Shown: in pieces, positions 17,281 to 24,987 of the stretch
Layout of the letters: every line of letters begins with the position of its first letter
Position numbering within the stretch: the stretch's first letter is position 1
NCBI GenBank assembly: GCA_030688545.1
Contig: JAUYHT010000002.1
Coordinates: 300,001-332,000 of the forward strand
Direction of reading: 5' to 3'
Length of the DNA: 32,000 nt
Origin: Candidatus Iainarchaeum sp.
GTDB taxonomy: Archaea > Iainarchaeota > Iainarchaeia > Iainarchaeales > VGJJ01
Notes under the pieces: model-generated
Told to the model about the DNA's origin: nothing
What the model saw: only the letters and a program-made list of their open reading frames with translations
The model's database searches: none
Position numbers and translations under genes: made by a program

Positions 17281-18306
17281 ATGGAAAAACGTGTTTTCGT
17301 AGGTAATCGGCTGGATTCGATAGCTTTCTTCAATGATGTGAAAAATGGCGGAAATTTTCATAGCTTTAAAGAATTGTGCACCATTCTAAGAATCCCGCAT
17401 GGTAGATTCTGGTTTTTGCAAACAGGAAGACGAAGCCTTACTATCACTCAATTCAAAAAATTATTTTCATATTTACCCCCAGAATTACAAAAGAGATACT
17501 ATAAAATAATCGATATCCGCCCACGGAATTGGGGTCAAATAATTGGCGGAAAAATCGCTTATGAGAAAATAAAAGATGCATTTGAAAAGGGACGGACAAA
17601 GGCCTGTGAAGCCAGGTCAAGAAAAGCGGAGTCAAAATTTAATATTTTGCAAACGTTGAACAGCGATATATGCGAATATTTAGGTGCCTTCGCAGGAGAT
17701 GGTTTCACTAACGACAACAATTCAAATTATACGATCGGATTTTCTGGAGATAGTCGTTATGATTTTGATTATTATCTGAACACAATAATTCCGATATCTG
17801 AAAAGTACTTCAATTTAACCCATCACCATACTCGTATTGATAAAAATTCCATGTGGATCAGTTTCTATTCAAAGGCATTATTCAAAATGCTAACCGAAAG
17901 ATTTGATATGCCAAAAGGAGAAAAATGGGACAAAGTCCTTGTTCCGAAAGAAATTATGAGGAGTAATATTGAACATAAAACAGCTTTTTTACGTGGTACT
18001 TTTGATAGTGATGGATGTGTTTCATTCGATAGAAGACCCATATACAAAGAGCCCTATATGCGAGTGGATATCACTATGGTAAATACGCCTATCCTAAAAC
18101 AACTTAATCAAATACTAACAGAATTAGGTATTAATTCCAGTGTACTCGGGAACGGAAAACATCTTCAAATTTGTTCAAAAGAGAATGTCCGAAAATTCTT
18201 TGAAATTGTTGGAACCTCTAATAAGCGCCATCGTACTAAGGTTCGACAAAAATACAAAAATTTCGAGGAATGGAATCCCGCTAGGTTTTCATACCCAGTT
18301 TCGTAA
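17281..18306 (+). CDS. Double-motif LAGLIDADG homing endonuclease with an N-terminal extension of about 130 aa
   Basis: Two LAGLIDADG motifs, YLGAFAGDGFT and FLRGTFDSDGCVS. The ATG at 17281 is 6 nt after the tRNA-Thr discriminator base (the ORF-track start at 17269 is a GTG inside the tRNA). The TAA stop (18304-18306) is T36-A37-A38 of a duplicated anticodon loop. Very AT-rich: 17 G+C in nt 17461-17520. Confidence 0.85.
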   Translation: MEKRVFVGNRLDSIAFFNDVKNGGNFHSFKELCTILRIPHGRFWFLQTGRRSLTITQFKKLFSYLPPELQKRYYKIIDIRPRNWGQIIGGKIAYEKIKDAFEKGRTKACEARSRKAESKFNILQTLNSDICEYLGAFAGDGFTNDNNSNYTIGFSGDSRYDFDYYLNTIIPISEKYFNLTHHHTRIDKNSMWISFYSKALFKMLTERFDMPKGEKWDKVLVPKEIMRSNIEHKTAFLRGTFDSDGCVSFDRRPIYKEPYMRVDITMVNTPILKQLNQILTELGINSSVLGNGKHLQICSKENVRKFFEIVGTSNKRHRTKVRQKYKNFEEWNPARFSYPVS

Positions 18307-18342
18307 ACTGGGGGTCGAGGGTTCAAATCCCTCCGAAGGCTT
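18295..18342 (+). pseudogene. Partial tRNA-Thr(CGU) copy (positions 27-73 plus 1 trailing nt, no 5' acceptor or D arm)
   Basis: 45/48 identical to 17229-17276. Differences are GGGCC>GGGTC and the 3' acceptor CGTGGGC>CGAAGGC. No matching 5' half lies upstream. Confidence 0.85.
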
Positions 18343-19492
18343 ACTTCTTCCAGAAAAGGAGGACTGTTATTCCCAGCAGTGTTATTCCTGAAATGAATAT
18401 TGCAGTGGGCAATCCGACCATATCTGAAATTAGGACCCATGCTATGACAAGCACAGCTGAAAACACATACACGGCCATGCTGTCAATCGAAAGAATAGTT
18501 GCCCTCTTGTCAGAGGGAGAATGACGATTGATGTATCCGCTTACTAATGGCAAATATGCACCGGCCACAAAAAAAAGAAGAAAAAGGGAAAGAAGCCCAT
18601 ACACGGAAGGGAAAATCCCCATGAGTAGATAGGATAGCGCAAACAAAATAGGCAAGAGGAAAAGCATGCGCCAACCCCCCAGCATTTTTTCAAACCTTAC
18701 TGAAAACTTAGACCCCACTGCGGCAGAAAAACGGAAAAGCGCAAAAAATATGCCAAAAAGAAGGATGTCCACACCCACACTTTGTATGTAAGGTTGAATC
18801 AAGTTTCTAAAAAAGATAAAATAAAAAGAAATAATCAAGGAATTATAGACCACAATCCAGCGAACCGCAGGGGTTTTCCAGACAAAAGAAAGAGAATCCA
18901 GGAAGTGCGCGACAAACGAGGTATTTTTCTTTTTGATGGGAGGCTCCTCAAATAGAACGGAAGCAACAAGTGCGATGCAAAAACCAAAAAAGGCAAGAAC
19001 GAAAGGATAGCGAATATTGAGCGTGTAAACGTATGCCCCCACCAACGCAGTCAGACCCAAGGAGACCTGCGCAAAAAAAAGGGCGTTGCCTTGAATTTTC
19101 TTGAACTCATTTTCTCGCTTCAAGGCTTTAAGGGAATCATACAACAGCGCGGAGGAGGCCCCCGAATCAAAGGCACCCCAAAGACCTGTCAAAAAGCTTG
19201 CGACGACGAGCGCTTCAAATGAAGGAGCCCAAATAATTAGGAGGCCACCGACCACCAAAAAAGTGGACCCAATCACCATCGACTTCTTTCTCCCAAATTT
19301 ATCAGCAAAAATTCCGGTTGGGATTTCAAAAACAACCCATGTCAAATAAAACACAGTTGACGAGATAAAGACCGTCTCCAAAAGCGTGTACCCCAAATCA
19401 AAATAGAAGAGCGTGAATATGGGGGCCACAAAGAGAGAGAAACGAAAGACAAAGTAAATGTAATACTTCGAGATATTGGATTCGAGTGACAT
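18341..19492 (-). CDS. Major facilitator superfamily (MFS) transporter
   Basis: 383 aa with about 10-12 hydrophobic helices and the loop 2-3 signature GIFADKFGRKKSM. Its stop codon overlaps the end of the tRNA fragment by 2 nt. More AT-rich than the core genes. Confidence 0.85.
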   Translation of the reverse strand: MSLESNISKYYIYFVFRFSLFVAPIFTLFYFDLGYTLLETVFISSTVFYLTWVVFEIPTGIFADKFGRKKSMVIGSTFLVVGGLLIIWAPSFEALVVASFLTGLWGAFDSGASSALLYDSLKALKRENEFKKIQGNALFFAQVSLGLTALVGAYVYTLNIRYPFVLAFFGFCIALVASVLFEEPPIKKKNTSFVAHFLDSLSFVWKTPAVRWIVVYNSLIISFYFIFFRNLIQPYIQSVGVDILLFGIFFALFRFSAAVGSKFSVRFEKMLGGWRMLFLLPILFALSYLLMGIFPSVYGLLSLFLLFFVAGAYLPLVSGYINRHSPSDKRATILSIDSMAVYVFSAVLVIAWVLISDMVGLPTAIFISGITLLGITVLLFWKK

Positions 19493-19516
19493 GAAGGGAG
19501 CTTCACTACCAAGTAT

Positions 19517-19924
19517 TTAATCCCTCTTCAAGTCCAGAGCGCACGAGTTGATACAATATCGCTTTCCCGTTTGGGTGGGGCCGTCGGTGAAGAGATGACC
19601 CAGGTGGCCACCACATTTTTTGCAGCGGACTTCCACGCGCTTCATGAAAAGGGAATTATCTTCAACCAATTCAATATTCTTCGTGTTCGCCGGCTCATCA
19701 AAACTCGGCCACCCGGTCCCCGAATCAAACTTGGCTTGGGATGAGAATAGTTCAGCCCCGCAGGCGGCGCACCCATACATTCCCTTGTCTTTGGTGTGAA
19801 CAAACTTCCCCTTGAAGGGGGCTTCCGTTCCTTTCTCACGGAGGACATGAAATTGTTCCGCGGTCAACCGTTTCTTCCACCCGGTTTGGGATGTGGGAAG
19901 GGGACGGCGGGGAGATGACGACAT
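19517..19924 (-). CDS. msrB: Peptide-methionine (R)-S-oxide reductase MsrB
   Basis: CAACGAELFSSQAKFDSGTGWPSF plus RVEVRCKKCGGHLGHLFTDGP..GKRYCINS (two CxxC zinc pairs and the catalytic Cys). A CTATAAA box (minus strand) is centred 25 nt upstream of the ATG. Confidence 0.93.
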   Translation of the reverse strand: MSSSPRRPLPTSQTGWKKRLTAEQFHVLREKGTEAPFKGKFVHTKDKGMYGCAACGAELFSSQAKFDSGTGWPSFDEPANTKNIELVEDNSLFMKRVEVRCKKCGGHLGHLFTDGPTQTGKRYCINSCALDLKRD

Positions 19925-19998
19925 ACGAGTAAAAAGGTTTCAAGGTTTATAGGGATTGTTCCAAAACCAAAGGGAAAGGGCGTGGGAATACGCAGGCC

Positions 19999-20007
19999 AT
20001 TTAAAGG
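19999..20007 (+). promoter_or_regulatory. TATA box ATTTAAAGG
   Basis: Centre is 25 nt upstream of the ATG at 20028. This supports that start over the TTG at 19956. Confidence 0.45.
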
Positions 20008-20027
20008 TCCACCTGGTTTTTTCAAAC

Positions 20028-20423
20028 ATGCCCAAACCCAAAACCAAGGCCGTCGCGGGAAGATCCAAAAAATCAATCCCTGTTTCCCGGAGGAAACCTC
20101 TGAATTTGATCCCCATTCTCATGGGGGTGTTCATTCTCTTTCTCCTCCTCATTGTGGGAGCGGTGCTCGTGCTTATGCCCATTCAACGCACCGTTACCCC
20201 AATTATCTCCGATTATGATTCGTGTGTGGCGGCCGGCTACCCATCCACGGATGGAATACCCAGCACCTGCGCCACTCCCGATGGACGAACCTTTGTCCAA
20301 AACCTCCCGGGAATCCAATCGTTCGAGGAGTGTGCTTTGTATTATCCGGTGATGGAATCCTTCCCCGAGCAGTGCCGCACGCCCGATGGCAGGCTGTTCG
20401 TTAAATCCTACCCCACTCCCTGA
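20028..20423 (+). CDS. Membrane-anchored protein with two copies of a C-x2-[AS]G[YF]..[FI]P-x2-C-x-TPDGR-x-F module
   Basis: Basic N-terminus, TM helix LIPILMGVFILFLLLIVGAVLVL, then SCVAAGYPSTDGIPSTCATPDGRTFV and ECALYYPVMESFPEQCRTPDGRLFV. Confidence 0.65.
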   Translation: MPKPKTKAVAGRSKKSIPVSRRKPLNLIPILMGVFILFLLLIVGAVLVLMPIQRTVTPIISDYDSCVAAGYPSTDGIPSTCATPDGRTFVQNLPGIQSFEECALYYPVMESFPEQCRTPDGRLFVKSYPTP

Positions 20424-20450
20424 CTTTTCAAATAGATGGGGACCACGCGG

Positions 20451-20459
20451 TTAAAAAAG
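20451..20459 (+). promoter_or_regulatory. TATA box TTAAAAAAG
   Basis: Centre is 25 nt upstream of the ATG at 20480. Confidence 0.45.
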
Positions 20460-20479
20460 AGGCAATGGCTCCCTAGCGC

Positions 20480-21112
20480 ATGGCCCGAAAAAAGAATGGA
20501 TTGGAACAAAAACTGAGGCCCCTCTCCCGGGTTGAATTGATTGCCCGCATTCCCAAAGTCACCATCATCCTCATCTTCCTCATCGCCATCATCATCGCAT
20601 CCTTATGGATTATTCCCTATTTCGAACATCAAGGACTGACTATCCGCTCCTACAATGAATGTGTGACCTCCGGATTCGAGAAGCTGGACACCTTTCCCCC
20701 GCAATGCCGCACGCCCGATGGGAGGTTGTTCGCCCAACCCCATGAACCCGTGGTGTGCCTCATTGACGATGTCTGCGGGAAGGGCTATTTCTGCAAACTC
20801 GGGCTGTGCGCCCCCTTTGTCCCAGAAACATTTTGCCGGAATGACGCGGACTGCCGCCTCATCAACCGGGAACTTTATTTTTCTTGTTGCTATGCCGGAA
20901 CGTGTGACCCCCTCGATTATGGAAACCAAAAATGGGTGGCGGCCAACACGCAATGGTTCTTCAAGAACCGCCAGATTGTTTGCCCTTTCCCGGAGAAATG
21001 CGGGGACGCACCAGTGTGTAATGTGAAGAGCCTCGACACCGGGTACCAGGCCAAATGCATCCAGAACGCCTGCCAAAAAGTGCCCATCACTCCACCGAAT
21101 AGCGGCATTTGA
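20480..21112 (+). CDS. Membrane-anchored Cys-rich extracellular protein carrying one CRTPDGRLF module
   Basis: TM helix VTIILIFLIAIIIASLWIIPYF, then ECVTSGFEKLDTFPPQCRTPDGRLFA, then a domain with many further cysteines (for example CLIDDVCGKGYFCKLGLC and FCRNDADC). Confidence 0.7.
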   Translation: MARKKNGLEQKLRPLSRVELIARIPKVTIILIFLIAIIIASLWIIPYFEHQGLTIRSYNECVTSGFEKLDTFPPQCRTPDGRLFAQPHEPVVCLIDDVCGKGYFCKLGLCAPFVPETFCRNDADCRLINRELYFSCCYAGTCDPLDYGNQKWVAANTQWFFKNRQIVCPFPEKCGDAPVCNVKSLDTGYQAKCIQNACQKVPITPPNSGI

Positions 21113-21118
21113 CGTTTG

Positions 21119-21127
21119 TTTAAATAG
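21119..21127 (+). promoter_or_regulatory. TATA box TTTAAATAG
   Basis: Centre is 25 nt upstream of the ATG at 21148. The same core is seen at 28604 and 29856. Confidence 0.45.
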
Positions 21128-21147
21128 TCGTTTGCCGAAAGAGTGGC

Positions 21148-21849
21148 ATGGACCAGCTTAAAGTCACCATCGCCGGGGAAATAACCCTCTCAAAAGACCC
21201 GGGGGGCAGCATGAAGAAATGGAGGGAAATATTTGGAATATCCCAAACGGAGTTAGCTGAATTCCTGCATGTTTCTTCCTCAACTATATCCGATTACGAA
21301 GGGGGACGGCGTAAAAGTCCAGGGATCGCGGTGATTAACCGGTTAGTGGAGGCCCTCATTGAAGTGGATAAGAATCGAGGGGGAAAGATCTCGCAACAAT
21401 TGACTAGGGATGATGGGCCCAAGGAGAAGGTGTTTGATGTCCATGAATTCGCCTCCGCGATAAATGGTAAGGAATTTGTGGAGAAAGTGGAAGGGGAATG
21501 CGTGGCTAATCATTTACGATTGAAAGAATTGAACCTGTATGGGTATACGGTCATCGATTCACTTAAGGTCATCCTTGACGTGCCCGTGCACGAATACCTG
21601 CAGATGTATGGGAAAACCCCCGAAAGGGCATTGGTGTTCACGCACGTGGAGAATGGAAGGAGCCCCCTCATCGCCGTGAAAGTAGGACGATTCGCCACCG
21701 AGATGCGACCATCCGTCGTAGTACTGCACGGCTGCCTGAAAGTGGATCCGGTGGCCAAACGCATTGCCGAGAATGAGAAGATCCCCTTGATTGTTACCCA
21801 CATGCCCATCGAACGCATCCGCGAGGTATTCCGCGGGGCCGAATCCTGA
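21148..21849 (+). CDS. XRE-family HTH transcriptional regulator with an archaeal C-terminal domain (COG1395-like)
   Basis: HTH segment ISQTELAEFLHVSSSTISDYEGGRRKSPGIAVINRLVEAL, followed by a domain of about 150 aa with no motif I can name. Confidence 0.65.
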   Translation: MDQLKVTIAGEITLSKDPGGSMKKWREIFGISQTELAEFLHVSSSTISDYEGGRRKSPGIAVINRLVEALIEVDKNRGGKISQQLTRDDGPKEKVFDVHEFASAINGKEFVEKVEGECVANHLRLKELNLYGYTVIDSLKVILDVPVHEYLQMYGKTPERALVFTHVENGRSPLIAVKVGRFATEMRPSVVVLHGCLKVDPVAKRIAENEKIPLIVTHMPIERIREVFRGAES

Positions 21850-21851
21850 GC

Positions 21852-22646
21852 ATGCCCAAGCCACGCATTCTTATTGGCACTCCAACTTATGATGGAAAAG
21901 AATATTGTTTTGATTATTGGGCTCAAAACCTCAAAAAAATAGTAAAAAATGCACGCAAAAAATTTCACGTGGATGTTTTGATCGTAGACAACAGCCAAGG
22001 TATGCGTTACAAAAAACTCATTCAAAAAAAGGGGTTTAATGTGATAAAAATTAGGCGCGTAAAAGACCCTCTTGAATCGCTTGCTAATGCTAGGAAAAAA
22101 ATCTTCAATGCATGCGTAAACGGAAAATATGATTATTTATTTTCTCTTGAGCAAGACATTGTTCCACCCCCCACTATTTTGCGCCAATTGTATGCATTAC
22201 GCCAAAAAATAAAGAAAGAAAAAGCAATAATTGGAGCACCATATATTTTACATGACGCCGTTGAAATCAGATCCCATTCCCCGATTCGAAAAGATTATGT
22301 GACTTCGATTTCATCCCATCGATTTTGGCGCAAAGAATTCAAGTATTACGTTCAAAGTCTGGTTTTTGCATCCAAACTTCCTAAAAAAAGGAGTATGAAA
22401 TGTTTTTCCGTTTGCCTAGGTTGTACATTAATCGATTCAAAAATAATTGAATCTATTAAAGTAAAATTTGTCCCCGGAATTCGCAAGCCTGATGATTCAT
22501 ATTTCTTTATTGAATGCCAAAATAAAAAAATACCCGTATATTCGGCAAATCTATTGCTTCCATTTATCCGCCACTATAAAGGATCCACTTACCACCAAGA
22601 AAGCTGGTTAAAACACTTATACAATGGACAACAAGAAGCGAGATAA
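21852..22646 (+). CDS. GT-A-fold (family-2-like) glycosyltransferase candidate
   Basis: ILIGTPTYDGKEY...VLIVDNS...LFSLEQDI resembles the Rossmann-like N-terminal half of GT-A enzymes. Very AT-rich: 16 G+C in nt 21901-21960. Starts 2 nt after the stop of the regulator gene. Confidence 0.5.
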   Translation: MPKPRILIGTPTYDGKEYCFDYWAQNLKKIVKNARKKFHVDVLIVDNSQGMRYKKLIQKKGFNVIKIRRVKDPLESLANARKKIFNACVNGKYDYLFSLEQDIVPPPTILRQLYALRQKIKKEKAIIGAPYILHDAVEIRSHSPIRKDYVTSISSHRFWRKEFKYYVQSLVFASKLPKKRSMKCFSVCLGCTLIDSKIIESIKVKFVPGIRKPDDSYFFIECQNKKIPVYSANLLLPFIRHYKGSTYHQESWLKHLYNGQQEAR

Positions 22647-22777
22647 ATAATGACTTCCTCCCCACCCTAAAGGGTGGGGTATCCAACAAATAGAAAACGT
22701 CACTTGCTCGCGTGATCGCTCGCCAAACAATGGGCGACGAATGTCGTTCTAAAGGACGAGACATAAACCTTTTTGAT

Positions 22778-22800
22778 GAAACTTTTTTCTAAAAAGTTTC
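22778..22800. terminator. Perfect 10-bp inverted repeat GAAACTTTTT-TCT-AAAAAGTTTC between convergent genes
   Basis: The palindrome carries oligo-T tracts on both strands. It lies between the glycosyltransferase stop (22646) and the NMD3-like stop (22806). Confidence 0.45.
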
Positions 22801-22805
22801 AGTCA

Positions 22806-23510
22806 CTATTCCAAGCGCACCAAGAATGTCTTGCGATGGCGCTCTTTCCCCGTTCGGGACAAACCGATGAGCTTGGAGGTCACGGTCATCTCCACGTTAT
22901 GCCGGCGTGCCAGAGAAACGGCGGCGGCCTTGGCGGCCTTTTTTGAAACGATCCACGCGTCAAAACCAAATTTTTGAGTGATCCAATTCACCACCACGGC
23001 CTTGGAATCCGTAGCATGCAGGGGCACTAACGCACTCTCGATAACCGTTTGCGTTTGCCTAATCTTGTCGATAGAGGGCTCAGTGAATCGAACCTGGAGA
23101 ATGCCCTCATAATAATCACTTGAAACGAGCATGTCATCATTGCAGATGCTGCCTTTCAATTTCAGGTTGACCGGGAATTGGAAATCAACGGGGTGATCCA
23201 GGAGGGAGCCAGAAACTTGAATGAGAAGAGGGATGTGCTTTTCCTGGCGTTCGCCATATTCGATGGCGATATCCATTTTGGATAGTTCCCTGGACTTAAT
23301 GTGAGACGCCACCCATTTGGAAATGGGCTTTTCCTCCCAGGGAATCCAATTCCCATGCACGCGTACTTTCTCACAGCGCTTGCAGCGCTCCAGCTCCAGG
23401 ATAGGGGGCACCTTCACTACATCCGGATGGTCGAGGAGAAAACAGGTGCGGCAGAAGAGGCCGATGAAGGGCCCTTCCGTTGTTCCACACTTGGGGCAGA
23501 AGGGTTGCAT
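22806..23510 (-). CDS. NMD3-family protein (archaeal homologue of the 60S export/biogenesis adaptor)
   Basis: N-terminal Cys clusters CPKCG...FCRTC and CKRCEKVRVHGNW are typical of NMD3 zinc-binding domains. Starts 23 nt downstream of the beta-CASP gene stop. Confidence 0.7.
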   Translation of the reverse strand: MQPFCPKCGTTEGPFIGLFCRTCFLLDHPDVVKVPPILELERCKRCEKVRVHGNWIPWEEKPISKWVASHIKSRELSKMDIAIEYGERQEKHIPLLIQVSGSLLDHPVDFQFPVNLKLKGSICNDDMLVSSDYYEGILQVRFTEPSIDKIRQTQTVIESALVPLHATDSKAVVVNWITQKFGFDAWIVSKKAAKAAAVSLARRHNVEMTVTSKLIGLSRTGKERHRKTFLVRLE

Positions 23511-23533
23511 GGAAAGAAATGGCCGGGTCTTCG

Positions 23534-24811
23534 TTATAAGACCACGGTTTCCCCGACACCGGGGTTGCTGACCTTGAAGCCCTGATCTCTCAATTCTTGG
23601 CCGAATTGACCTGAGATCTTTTCATCCCCATGGATGAGAACAATGTGTTCGGGGGCGAGGGTGGTGATGGTTTTCAACAAATCATCCTTCCCTGAATGGG
23701 CGGAAAAGTCGTAGCGCTGAATCTCCATTTTGGGTTCAACCACGCCGCTTTCCAGTTCGATCTTTCCCGTTTCAAGGAGCTTCCTTCCTTTGGTGCCATG
23801 GACTTGGTAGCCCGTAATGAGGAGACTTGAACGCGTGTCCTGGTGGAGGCGGTTGAGGTAATACAACACCGGTCCCCCTTCCAGCATGCCCGCGGTCGTG
23901 ACGATGACAGAGGGTTCCTTCAACGCCTGCTTGCGGATACCGGGATGAACGACGATATTCAACTGATCGAGCATCCGGCGAACCACTTTGGGCTTTTTGT
24001 TGTACTGGGGAAACTGGTTATAAATTTCAGTGGCCTTGCGGGACATCCCATCCAGGAACACCGGGGCATCCACCCCATGCTCGAAAAGGATATCCAATAT
24101 TTCCTGCGTCCGACCGATAGCAAACGCCGCCACTACGCATGTGCCTCCCCGATCAATGGTTTCACGGATCTTGGCCACGAATTCCTTAACGGTTTTTTCG
24201 CGATCCGGGTGAACCCGGTTACCATAGGTGGATTCCATCATGAGGTAATCCACTTTCCCCAATCCTTTGAGGTGGGCCCCATCATGAAGACGGATGGGGG
24301 GCACCATATAATCGCCCGTGTAGACGAATGTTTTGTCCCGATTAGTTAGTTTCACCATCGCACTCCCCAGGATGTGGCCTGCGTCCACGAATTCCAATTG
24401 AGTGTTGGGTGTAATATCCACGGGTTTATTGAAATGGAGCGTGGTGGTATGCTTGTCCACATTGGAAATATCGTGCTTGGAGAACGGGGGGATTTTCCCT
24501 TCCGAATCCGCAATCTTCAATGCGTCATGCCAAAGCATCCGGCTCAATTCGAGCGTGGGCTTGGTCATGAATGTTCTCACGGGAGCGTCCTTGAACAAAT
24601 GAGGGACGAATCCGGAGTGGTCGAAGTGGGCGTGGGAGAGGACGAAGGCATCCAGCTTCTGCTTGATGGGAAGGGGATACGAGGTCTCCTCGGGAGACAA
24701 TTTCACCCCATAATCCAGGAGGATATTCTCTTTTCCATCGCTGAAAATGAATGAGGAGCGGCCAATTTCCTTGCCGGCTCCGTGAACTTCGATAGAGTAT
24801 TGTGTAGTCAT
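23534..24811 (-). CDS. beta-CASP metallo-beta-lactamase ribonuclease (aCPSF2-like)
   Basis: VLSHAHFDHSG motif 2, ESTYG, the beta-CASP insert and C-terminal SAHSGKDDL...IVLIHGD. The ORF-track start at 24823 is GTG and the first ATG is at 24811 (MTTQYSIEVHGAG). Confidence 0.9.
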   Translation of the reverse strand: MTTQYSIEVHGAGKEIGRSSFIFSDGKENILLDYGVKLSPEETSYPLPIKQKLDAFVLSHAHFDHSGFVPHLFKDAPVRTFMTKPTLELSRMLWHDALKIADSEGKIPPFSKHDISNVDKHTTTLHFNKPVDITPNTQLEFVDAGHILGSAMVKLTNRDKTFVYTGDYMVPPIRLHDGAHLKGLGKVDYLMMESTYGNRVHPDREKTVKEFVAKIRETIDRGGTCVVAAFAIGRTQEILDILFEHGVDAPVFLDGMSRKATEIYNQFPQYNKKPKVVRRMLDQLNIVVHPGIRKQALKEPSVIVTTAGMLEGGPVLYYLNRLHQDTRSSLLITGYQVHGTKGRKLLETGKIELESGVVEPKMEIQRYDFSAHSGKDDLLKTITTLAPEHIVLIHGDEKISGQFGQELRDQGFKVSNPGVGETVVL

Positions 24812-24980
24812 GTTTTGTTTCACTTTTTTCCTTGCCTAGGTTGCTTTCAGGCCAATCGCCCGGACTCATGAATGAATCCGTGTTCAAACAGCGGCCTCGA
24901 TGAGGCGCTTTTGAGGCGCATTCGGCCCCACAAAAAAGGCATTTTTGAGTTAATTCTACATACAACGGGCCCCTAAGTCC

Positions 24981-24987
24981 TTATAAA
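24981..24987 (-). promoter_or_regulatory. Strong TATA-like box (TTTATAA on minus strand) with no start codon at the usual spacing
   Basis: Lies about 170 nt upstream of the beta-CASP ATG. No canonical TATA lies 25 nt upstream of that ATG. Confidence 0.3.

Noticed and set aside
17202-18342. Reading the locus as one tRNA-Thr gene interrupted by a giant endonuclease-encoding intron of about 1 kb
   Set aside because: The first copy is already a complete, perfectly paired tRNA. Splicing to the downstream copy would pair the 5' acceptor GCCCACG with CGAAGGC, giving two mismatches (C4/A69 and A5/A68). I could not draw a bulge-helix-bulge motif.
24525-24965. 146-aa minus-strand ORF overlapping the 5' end of the beta-CASP gene
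   Set aside because: Its start is TTG. About 100 codons overlap the well-supported RNase gene in another frame. Only the non-overlapping leader part is discussed, as a finding.
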